DNA of 24,940 nucleotides from Fibrobacteria bacterium (GTDB taxonomy: Bacteria > Fibrobacterota > Chitinivibrionia > Chitinivibrionales > FEN-1185), in assembly GCA_037447435.1 (NCBI GenBank), contig JBBIGR010000058.1, positions 1 to 24,940 on the forward strand, given 5' to 3'. The translations under genes and the position numbers were made by a program. Positions 17,574-24,940 of this stretch are shown here, one piece after another (the stretch's first letter is position 1; the number at the start of each line of letters is the position of its first letter). The notes beneath the pieces were generated by a model, which had not been told where the DNA came from, did not search any database, and saw nothing but the letters and a program-made list of their open reading frames with translations.

Positions 17574-18599
17574 ATGATTCAGAAAAAATCGACGAATTCG
17601 CTTTATAGTAAAATCGCCGACTTTCTGCAAGCTGCAAGGCAAACGGCTGTACGCGCCGTAAATCAGACGATGGTTTACACCTATTTTGAAATTGGACGGA
17701 TGATTATAGAAAATGAGCAACAAGGAAAACAACGAGCTGAATATGGCAAGCAAATATTAAAAGAACTTTCAAAACGACTTACTGTAGAATTTGGCAAAGG
17801 ATTTTCGGTTCAAAATCTCGAAAACATGAGAAAATTTTTCCTTCTCTACGCTCCTTCTGGAAAATCCCAATCGCCGATTAGGATTTCTGAAAACAAAAAT
17901 GGGCTAATGAGTTGGACTCATTATTTGGTTTTAATCCGCATTGAAAATAAAGATGAACGTAATTTTTATGAATTAGAAGCCTCGAAAAACAATTGGAGTG
18001 TGAGAGAACTTAAACGACAGTTCGACAGCGCTTTATACGAGCGATTGTCTCTAAGCAGGGACAAAAAGGGCGTTAAACAATTGGCGCAGAAGGGGCACAT
18101 TTTAGAAAAGCCTTCCGATGCGATAAAAGACCCCTATGTTTTGGAATTTCTCGGCCTACCGGAACATCACTGTTATTCCGAAACCGATTTAGAACAAGTG
18201 GTCTTTGATAAACTAGAACATTTCCTGCTTGAACTCGGTAAAGGATTCACTTTTGTGGGAAGGCAAGTTAGGTTTACTTTTGACGAGAAGCATTTCCGTG
18301 TTGATTTGGTATTCTATAACAGGCTTTTAAAATGTTTTGTGCTGATAGATTTAAAAATAGGCGAAATTACCCATCAAGACCTTGGGCAAATTCAGATGTA
18401 CGTTAATTATTATGACCGGTATGTGAAACTGCCCGAAGAAAATAAAACCATTGGTATTGTCCTATGCAAAGACAAAAGTAAAACATTAGTCGAAATTACC
18501 TTGCCGGAAAATAATGACCGGATATTTGCCAGCCAATATAAGACAGTGTTACCTAACAAGCAGTCGTTTATAAGGCTTTTGAGGCAGGGTGATGAATAA
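17574..18599 (+). CDS. YhcG/DUF1016-family PD-(D/E)XK nuclease-domain protein
   Basis: AVN..MV..Y..IG..I, YG..IL..LS..L...FGKGFS..NL..MR.F, SWTHY, WSVREL, KDPYVLEFL, FLLELGKGF.FVGRQ, DL.FYNR.L.C.VLIDLK, GQ..MYVNYY. Confidence 0.93.
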   Translation: MIQKKSTNSLYSKIADFLQAARQTAVRAVNQTMVYTYFEIGRMIIENEQQGKQRAEYGKQILKELSKRLTVEFGKGFSVQNLENMRKFFLLYAPSGKSQSPIRISENKNGLMSWTHYLVLIRIENKDERNFYELEASKNNWSVRELKRQFDSALYERLSLSRDKKGVKQLAQKGHILEKPSDAIKDPYVLEFLGLPEHHCYSETDLEQVVFDKLEHFLLELGKGFTFVGRQVRFTFDEKHFRVDLVFYNRLLKCFVLIDLKIGEITHQDLGQIQMYVNYYDRYVKLPEENKTIGIVLCKDKSKTLVEITLPENNDRIFASQYKTVLPNKQSFIRLLRQGDE

Positions 18600-18954
18600 A
18601 CTTGAGAAAAAATAAACTGCAAATGGTTAAGCATAACCTAAAGGTAACGAATTCGTGACCTTTAACATGCTAGCTAGTCTTCATATGTTTGTGCTGATGC
18701 CGGAGATTTCGCACATTGTCAACCGATAATTATTATCGATTATTTATTTGATTATCGTCGTACCGTTTATCATATTCATTCCATCATCTCGCATGGCTAT
18801 GCCGCAGTATCTTCAATGGCATAAGCCCGAATAATCACTACTATAAATTTAAGGAAGGAGGTTACGCAAACTCCCGTTTGGCCCATTTTGTCATTTTTTT
18901 AATTGTTAAGTTACCAAGCAGTTCGCAAACAGTTTATTACCTTCATATTCTTAT

Positions 18955-19019
18955 AACCTTTACCCCGGCTCTTCTTAGGGCGCAGGGGAAAAGGGAGAAC
19001 GGGGGCTAAGGAGTGAGGG
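18955..19019. repeat. REP-like palindromic element, diverged inverted copy of 11099-11178
   Basis: aaggagtgaggg (19008-19019) is the exact reverse complement of 11099-11110; aggggaaaaggg matches the ccctttt(t)cccct of copy 1. Confidence 0.55.
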
Positions 19020-19050
19020 AAAACCCTCTTTAGCAAAGGAGTGCTCTATT

Positions 19051-19830
19051 ATGACGATATCAAACGGTCTTTTAGCGGAAATCGAGGCGGAAATAGCAGC
19101 ATTGAACCCGGACAAATACCGCCGTCCGGCAATGAGTTTGGATGCTTTTTTAGCGGATTACGGGCAAACCCTGGCCCAGGCGGACACCGATAAGGACAAA
19201 CTGACCGGCGCCAAATTCGATTGGACGAAAATTGAAAAGTATCGGGGCTATTTGGAACTATTGACCATTACGCATGGCGAAAGAATAGGGCTTACACCGG
19301 CAACAATAGAAAAGCAGCCGGAATATATCGCGAAAATGGACATCGTCAAATCCGATAAGCGGTATATGTCCCGAATCGCCAATCATATTGTCGACGTAAC
19401 CAACGATAAAAGCGCGGCGCATAGCTTAAAGGCCATTAATAAAGGAAGCGGCGATATCGATGTTCTCAACGACATCATGTCGTTCATACCGTTTATAAAA
19501 AGATATCCGGATTTGGCAAAACAGATATGCCCTAATTGTGTGGAAGTTACCGATTCATATTTGGACCAGGCGCGGGACCGGGCAATAGAATTGTTTCAGA
19601 TGCGCGGCTATGTGGTTAATAAAGGCTTGCCCGAAAATTCGAATGTGGATCGTCAGAACCGGATCCTTACGCTATGCCTTAATGCGCAATCCGAAATCAA
19701 AAAATTCGCAGATTCGGCATTCTGCGAAAATCAGGATTATTACAATTCAAATTATGCAAGTTCGTTCCGAAAATCATCTAAAACACCGGTACCGACTCCG
19801 GCTGCCGAACCGGTTGCTGCGGCAAAATAA
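19051..19830 (+). CDS. Hypothetical protein, 259 aa, apparently all-helical with a Pro/Ala-rich tail
   Basis: AAGGAG SD, long ORF, three consecutive TAA stops and a downstream hairpin. No family recognised. Confidence 0.75.
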   Translation: MTISNGLLAEIEAEIAALNPDKYRRPAMSLDAFLADYGQTLAQADTDKDKLTGAKFDWTKIEKYRGYLELLTITHGERIGLTPATIEKQPEYIAKMDIVKSDKRYMSRIANHIVDVTNDKSAAHSLKAINKGSGDIDVLNDIMSFIPFIKRYPDLAKQICPNCVEVTDSYLDQARDRAIELFQMRGYVVNKGLPENSNVDRQNRILTLCLNAQSEIKKFADSAFCENQDYYNSNYASSFRKSSKTPVPTPAAEPVAAAK

Positions 19831-19855
19831 TAATAATTAGCACTGTAAAACGTAT

Positions 19856-19902
19856 TCCCCTCTGTCGAAGGCCCGATCTTTTCAGGGCCTTCGTTGAGGG
19901 GA
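19856..19902 (+). terminator. Strong GC-rich hairpin after the orphan gene (possible terminator or stabiliser)
   Basis: tcccctc-tgt-cgaaggccc-[10 nt]-gggccttcg-tt-gagggga. There is no clear U-tract, so the terminator role is uncertain. Confidence 0.5.
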
Positions 19903-20028
19903 TGTAAAACATGTATCCTTCGACTCTTGGGGCCAAAAATATCCGGCCGGCTTCCACCAAGATGCTCTTTTGGGGCATCTTGAGATTTGTTCTGTTTACA
20001 CAAAATTCCTGACAAGACCCAAAACCCT

Positions 20029-20137
20029 TGTAACAAAAAAAATGTCCCTGTTCAAAGCCAAAACAGGTTGTAACAGAGGCATTTTTTGATGTTCAAAAAG
20101 AAAATTGAATGTCACAGAGGTCTTTTTTTCTGTTCAA
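20029..20137. repeat. Phased array of alternating TGT(A/C)ACA and TGTTCAA motifs, ~41-bp unit x3
   Basis: Motif starts at 20029, 20049, 20069, 20090, 20110 and 20131 (spacings 20, 20, 21, 20, 21). Confidence 0.7.
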
Positions 20138-20442
20138 TCTGTATTTTCCTTAAAAGAATCTCTATTACAAAGATTTTTGAATATGTTTCACTATTTTTAC
20201 AATTCGTAATGGTTTCATTTAGCAAGCTTTCACTTTGTTTATACTTCCCACGCAATTTTTAATGCTTGTTACGGCTTATTTACGCTTTGCACATTTTTTT
20301 TGCCCGCCGCACATAATTTTCCTCCCCCGTTAGTCATGTTCTATAGCCTCCTTCAAACCATATTTCTCCTTCCGCTTCGCCATGACGGCATGTTTGCCGG
20401 TTTTTTCAATTTTCTATAAAGCATTGGTATTGCGTTAGTTAA

Positions 20443-20467
20443 GGTGTAATCAACGTTTGATTACACC
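20443..20467. promoter_or_regulatory. Perfect 11-3-11 inverted repeat GGTGTAATCAA-CGT-TTGATTACACC (operator-like)
   Basis: Read directly. It overlaps TTGATT, which lies 19 bp before TATAAT (20482-20487). Function is inferred. Confidence 0.6.
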
Positions 20468-20697
20468 CGCGCTTGATTTAGTATAATAAGAGGAATTATT
20501 TGACTTTGCAGGTATTGGAAGATGATATTAACAAGGGGGATGGGAGTTTGGTTTTGGCGGAGATTGTGTAATCGGTTAAGTTAGGGGATGGGATTTGGGG
20601 AAGAGGATTGGGATTGGAAAAAAGATTTAATATTTTGTTCAGCGATATTCAAATTTGAGATTTATTATGCCGAATATTCATAATACATGCCATTTTG

Positions 20698-20725
20698 ACC
20701 GAAAGTATGCTAGCATACTTTCGGT
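20698..20725. promoter_or_regulatory. Perfect 28-bp palindrome ACCGAAAGTATGCTAGCATACTTTCGGT
   Basis: Self-reverse-complementary with no spacer, ~150 bp upstream of the R-M gene. Function unknown. Confidence 0.6.
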
Positions 20726-20874
20726 AGTTGGTGTCAATATTTGCGCTGAATGAAATTATAGGTTTGCGCCGAAGACATGAAAGGCAAATACCATATTAAT
20801 ATTAAGAGCCGCGCCCAAAGATAATCCGCATAAATGCGGCGAGGATAATCAAATTTCTCTTTACGGAGTTTAAC

Positions 20875-22743
20875 ATGCCAAGAGCTGCCAGGAATTCTGA
20901 ATTTAATGCTTATGTTTATATAAAAAACGAATTAAAAGATTTGGGTTGGAATACCCGAAATCCAAACCGAGCACCTGATGGTGAGGTATATACACAACAA
21001 GAATGTCTTGATCATCCTGAAATTGGGCAATATCTAGGCAGACAAAAACCAGAAAATGTTATCAAGGTTCGTGAAAATATCTTTTGGGTTATTGAAGCAA
21101 AACCGTCGCTTAATGATTTGCAATTGGCTTTAAGTGAAGCTGCTTCATATGCCCATGATATCAATCGAAGCCCGATAATTAAGGCTTTGTTTATAGCGGG
21201 TGTCGCAGGCAATGACATTGATGGGTACATCGTACAAACGGGCTTCGTTCAACCAAATGGCCAGACTACAAGCATTCTATACAATGATCGTCCGATTACA
21301 AGCCTTCTATCAAAGGAACAAGCTCAATATTTAGCAGATAACAACACACACAAGCTAAATGACATTATTACTACTGAAGAAGTTTTTATAAAAATCGCAG
21401 AAGAAATAAATGAAATCTTGCACAAAGCATCAATAAACAAGGATCAACGCGCAACGGTTATTTCTTCTGTTTTATTATCAATGCTTTCAGATACTTTGCC
21501 AAATTTCAACGCATCTCCAGATGTCTTTATTCGGGATATCAATAACCGTGTTGAAGATGTCCTTATTAGTCATTCGAAACGAGAATTTGCTGCGCAAATC
21601 GAACTAAGGCTACCTCAAGAAGAATCCGCCAAGTCAAAATATAAAACTGCAATTGTAAAAACTCTTTTTGCTTTACGTAAAATAAATATTAAAGCAGCAA
21701 TGAATAGCGACCATGATTTGCTGGGGAAATTTTACGAGGTATTTTTGAAATATGGTAACGGTGCAAAAGATATAGGTATTGTCTTAACTCCCCGCCACGT
21801 TACAGGGTTTGCCGTTGATCTTTTGGATGTGAAAAGTGGCGACATCGTTTTTGACCCAGCATGTGGTACTGGTGGCTTTTTAGTTTCCGCGTATGACAAA
21901 GTTAAATCAGAGGCTACAGAAGAGGAATTGACCTTATTTAAAAAGCATCGCATTTTTGGAATTGAACAACAAGCAAATGTTGCAGCTATGGCAATTGTAA
22001 ATATGATATTTCGAGGGGATGGCAAAAATAATATAATAAATGAAAACTGCTTTGCTCGGCATCTTACGAGAACTAATAGGAATGGCAGCATAAGTGCCGA
22101 ATATCAAACTAATGCTAATGATCAGCGCCCACCAATTACTAAAGTTCTAATGAATCCTCCATTCGCATTAAAGCAAGATGATGAAAAGGAATTCCGCTTT
22201 ATTGACCATGCTTTAAAGCAAATGGTTGAAGGTGGGCTTCTTTTTTCAGTATTACCATCTTCTGTTATGTATTCTACGGGGGAGTATTTGGAATGGCGAA
22301 GACGTTTGCTCGAAAACAATTCCTTGCTTTCTGTTATTTCATTCCCGACCGACTTGTTTTATCCACAAGCCTCTGTTGAAGCTGTTATGGTTATTTTAAA
22401 AGCTAAAGTACCTCAAAATGAGAACCCTGCACTTTGGTGTAGAATACAAAACGATGGCTATAAAAAGTTAAAAAGAAGAAGACTACCCATTGAGGGTGAA
22501 AATGACGTAATTCGCTTTAAGGGTCAAATTAGAGATTTTGTCATAGAAGGCCATATTCCTATAGAAATACCTGGAATATTTCAAGTAAAACCAATTGACC
22601 GAAGTGATTCATCTTTGGAACTCATACCGCAAAACTATTTAGACAATTTGGATATTAGTGATGCCCAAATAATTAAGGAAATGGAAATGACATTGTCAGA
22701 AATCTTTTTACAATCATTGAGTGAGGTGTATTGTGAAAATTAA
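20875..22743 (+). CDS. Fused restriction endonuclease/N6-adenine methyltransferase (Type IIB/BcgI-alpha-like RM subunit)
   Basis: N-terminal PD-(D/E)XK-like KPE...VIEAK; gamma-class MTase DLLGKFYEVFLKY, GIVLTPRHV, FDPACGTGGFL (motif I), MNPPF (motif IV). No helicase/HsdR gene is present. Confidence 0.85.
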   Translation: MPRAARNSEFNAYVYIKNELKDLGWNTRNPNRAPDGEVYTQQECLDHPEIGQYLGRQKPENVIKVRENIFWVIEAKPSLNDLQLALSEAASYAHDINRSPIIKALFIAGVAGNDIDGYIVQTGFVQPNGQTTSILYNDRPITSLLSKEQAQYLADNNTHKLNDIITTEEVFIKIAEEINEILHKASINKDQRATVISSVLLSMLSDTLPNFNASPDVFIRDINNRVEDVLISHSKREFAAQIELRLPQEESAKSKYKTAIVKTLFALRKINIKAAMNSDHDLLGKFYEVFLKYGNGAKDIGIVLTPRHVTGFAVDLLDVKSGDIVFDPACGTGGFLVSAYDKVKSEATEEELTLFKKHRIFGIEQQANVAAMAIVNMIFRGDGKNNIINENCFARHLTRTNRNGSISAEYQTNANDQRPPITKVLMNPPFALKQDDEKEFRFIDHALKQMVEGGLLFSVLPSSVMYSTGEYLEWRRRLLENNSLLSVISFPTDLFYPQASVEAVMVILKAKVPQNENPALWCRIQNDGYKKLKRRRLPIEGENDVIRFKGQIRDFVIEGHIPIEIPGIFQVKPIDRSDSSLELIPQNYLDNLDISDAQIIKEMEMTLSEIFLQSLSEVYCEN

Positions 22744-23212
22744 TTCACTTTTTGATGTACAAGTTGCAAAATCCCACGGTACGGATGACTACGACAATGG
22801 TGATACCCCATTTGTTACCAATTCTCAAATTAATAATGGTGTCATACGTTTTGTCGAACCATTCCCTGGAGATAAAATCTTCAATGGCTTTACAATATGT
22901 ATATCAGGCTTAGGGTTTGCAACATTGCAAATTAAAAACTATTTACCTAAAGGTAATGGTGGCGATTCCGCAACAATATTGGTTCCTATAAATCCAATGT
23001 CTTTTGAAGAATTACTATTCTACACTGCGCAATTTAATGCAATACATAAATGGCGCTTTTCATTCGGTAGGAAGTGTAGCAAGAAGAGAGTTGACCGGCT
23101 ATCGTTCGAAAAGGGGTTTTCTGAAATACTTCTGCCAACCGGACTTTTAGATAGTGTACGGTCAAGTCTTTCTGAGAGAATTCGTACTCTAAGTTTGGAT
23201 GTTAGTGCATGA
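22733..23212 (+). CDS. Half-size specificity (S) subunit with a single target-recognition domain
   Basis: GTG 22733 after GAGGTG, overlapping the RM gene. Motifs I..LF.V, G.TPFV.....NNGV and W.FSFGRK...R resemble BcgI-beta/HsdS repeats, but only one repeat is present (~159 aa). Confidence 0.75.
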   Translation: MKINSLFDVQVAKSHGTDDYDNGDTPFVTNSQINNGVIRFVEPFPGDKIFNGFTICISGLGFATLQIKNYLPKGNGGDSATILVPINPMSFEELLFYTAQFNAIHKWRFSFGRKCSKKRVDRLSFEKGFSEILLPTGLLDSVRSSLSERIRTLSLDVSA

Positions 23213-23511
23213 AATATATAATGGTAACTGATTTTGATAAGCATTGGGACCAAATCCCTGATAACTTTACCTCTTATCCGACGAGTATGGTGAAACAAAG
23301 AGTTGCAAATGACAAGTATATTTCTGGTACTGAAACGATATTTATCAAAAAGCCAAAGCATTCCGATCATATTGAAACGGCATGGTTAGGAAAGGTTTAC
23401 GACATAGTAAACGTACCCGGCAAGATATTCTTTCGCGTTAAACTTGAAAAAGAAATTGCTTGTCCCAAAGAATATTCTTCTTTGGGAAATGGCTGGTATT
23501 TTGAAATTTGA
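23209..23511 (+). CDS. Hypothetical 100-aa protein, possibly a PUA/EVE-like beta domain
   Basis: ATGA-coupled to the S gene. Aromatic-rich beta pattern (YIMV..HWD, TIFIK, AWLGKV, IFFRV, GWY). The fold is my inference. Confidence 0.65.
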   Translation: MKYIMVTDFDKHWDQIPDNFTSYPTSMVKQRVANDKYISGTETIFIKKPKHSDHIETAWLGKVYDIVNVPGKIFFRVKLEKEIACPKEYSSLGNGWYFEI

Positions 23512-23590
23512 AAAATCCTAACAAATCGCCGTCGCTCGTTTTCTGCCCCGGGACTAAAAACCGAAGTGATGCTTTAAAATAAGGAAATTT

Positions 23591-24556
23591 ATGAACGAAC
23601 TCTGGTGTATCCGTGCAAACTACGGTGAATTTACCCAGTCTTTTTTAAAGGGCGGGTATGCCGCAATTGGCTGGTTAGAATCCGAAGATTTATCGGGTAT
23701 GAAATGCCGTGATGATATTGAAAAAGCTTACCGTGATTGGGATAAAGATGAAAAAAGCCCATACGTCATTGGACAGCAAGTAGGGCAAATCTCACGGTTT
23801 TTATTTGAAGTTGAAGAAGGTGATTATGTTATTGTGCCAGATAGAAACACGGAAATATTCTATTGGGGTGTTATAGCTGATGGCAGGTACTATTACGATT
23901 CAGATTCAGATGATTGTCGTTATCCTCATCGAAAAAAAGTAAAATGGCATAAAGAACCGGTTCAACGTGCACAATTTTCCGTTCCCTTTCAGAATACTAT
24001 TCGTTCCTCTCTCACTGTATTTTGGATAAGCCATAAAAAAACTTTTTTTGAAGGCATTGGTAAACCCGAAATTGTACCAGTGCAAAAAGAAAAGACATTC
24101 AATTATTACGAGACGATTTTGGAGCGCATTCTTGAGCTTGATGCTACAGAATTTGAACTACTAATCACCCACATCCTTAGCGCAATGGGCTTTGAGGCAG
24201 AGCATACCGGCAAAACAGGAGACGGCGGCGTAGATGCTACGGGTGAATTGAGTATTTCCAACATGGCCAAAATACGACTTTTTGTTCAAGCAAAACGCTA
24301 TAAATTAGGGCAGAGAATTGGAGAAAGACCTGTTAAAGAACTTCGTCAGAATATTCCATTTGGTGGGCAAGGTTCTTTTATCACAACATGCGATTTCCAT
24401 CCCAAAGCATTAGAAGCAGCCGTTGAAAACGGCTTCCCTCGTATTGGCACTATTAACGGAGAACAACTGGTCGATATTCTTGCAGAGCATTGGGAGGATA
24501 TTCCCGACGATTTTAAGAATAAATTGGGCCTGAAAACTGGCCTTGTTGTTTCATAA
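23591..24556 (+). CDS. mrr: Mrr-family (Type IV-like) restriction endonuclease with an N-terminal EVE/PUA-like domain
   Basis: N-term W.IRA....F...G..AIGW, GQ..RF...V..GD.V.VP, PHR..V.W. C-term Mrr_cat FE.L...IL.AMGF, GDGGVD, VQAKRY, FITT.DF...A, INGEQL. Confidence 0.85.
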   Translation: MNELWCIRANYGEFTQSFLKGGYAAIGWLESEDLSGMKCRDDIEKAYRDWDKDEKSPYVIGQQVGQISRFLFEVEEGDYVIVPDRNTEIFYWGVIADGRYYYDSDSDDCRYPHRKKVKWHKEPVQRAQFSVPFQNTIRSSLTVFWISHKKTFFEGIGKPEIVPVQKEKTFNYYETILERILELDATEFELLITHILSAMGFEAEHTGKTGDGGVDATGELSISNMAKIRLFVQAKRYKLGQRIGERPVKELRQNIPFGGQGSFITTCDFHPKALEAAVENGFPRIGTINGEQLVDILAEHWEDIPDDFKNKLGLKTGLVVS

Positions 24557-24582
24557 ATCTATAAACAAGCGAGCAAAACAAT

Positions 24583-24915
24583 ATGAAAGCTCGTAATAAA
24601 GAAATGCTGGAAAAGTCAGTTGCAGCTATTGTTGCAGCAATTGAAATCTATAATAAGCCAGACTTTAAATACCGCGAAGAAGTATTTGCAATTCTTTCCG
24701 TTAATGCTTGGGAACTGCTCGCAAAGGCATACCTGCTCAAACTTAATAAAAATCGTTTGAAATGTTTATATGTATATGACAAAGCAAAAAAGAAATCCGG
24801 CCAAGATTCAAAACGGTTCAAATTAAAAATTAATCGCAGCGGAAACCCAATAACTCACAGCCTTGACTATTGCTTTACGCTTATTGTGCATAATATTGCC
24901 CCATTCGGCACCTGA
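24583..24915 (+). pseudogene. DUF3644-domain protein, apparently C-terminally truncated
   Basis: LEKS..A..AAIEIYNKP.F.YR.E.F.IL..NAWELL.KA is the DUF3644 N-terminus. The ORF stops at 110 aa near the window end, before any RxxxxH motif. Confidence 0.7.
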
Positions 24916-24940
24916 TTATTGTTTGATCCGGCACCCTGTT

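Noticed and set aside
18753..18824. IISHGYAAV peptide resembling a DUF86/HEPN fragment
   Set aside because: Too short, lacks the Arg of the motif, and has no start context; probably chance.
20029..20137. CRISPR array
   Set aside because: The repeats are only 7 bp with ~13-bp gaps, and no cas genes are present.
19830..20875. Retron msr-msd or protelomerase target as the explanation for the palindromes
   Set aside because: No reverse transcriptase or telomere resolvase is encoded in the window.
20875..23212. Classical Type I R-M system
   Set aside because: There is no HsdR helicase in the operon, the nuclease-like motif is fused to the MTase, and S is half-size.
1..24940. tRNA, rRNA, transposase or integrase genes
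   Set aside because: None recognised on either strand by eye.

Overview
This looks like bacterial genomic DNA, plausibly Fibrobacterota/Chitinivibrionales-like, inferred only from a secreted GH5 with a T9SS-style C-terminal domain. It has three blocks. (1) 1-7.0 kb, accessory genes: a 3'-incomplete ThuA-like gene missed by the ORF track, a TPR-fused rifampin ADP-ribosyltransferase (arr), a GH5 glycoside hydrolase, a putative outer-membrane protein, an RsgA-family GTPase whose N-terminus looks borrowed from a methyltransferase, YdeI/OmpD, and a receiver-only response regulator. (2) 7.2-17.35 kb, an extended ArsS/'rSAM-selenodomain' (arsenosugar-associated) cluster: a GT87-like/TIGR04283 fusion, DUF1499, DUF547, a secreted hypothetical protein, an exported MsrAB whose MsrB active site carries His->Asp and Asn->Asp changes, a circularly permuted TrxR-like flavoprotein fused to a NapH-like membrane Fe-S module, TIGR04282, an exported VOC protein, the AhpD-like TIGR04169 protein and radical SAM ArsS. 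No arsM is present in the window. (3) 17.5 kb to the end, a visibly AT-richer defence-type island: YhcG/DUF1016, an orphan 259-aa gene, a ~1 kb non-coding region dense in palindromes and phased motifs, a Type IIB-like fused R-M gene with a half-size single-TRD S subunit, a 100-aa putative PUA/EVE-like protein, an Mrr-family nuclease and a truncated DUF3644. All family calls come from motif recognition by eye, not from database searches.
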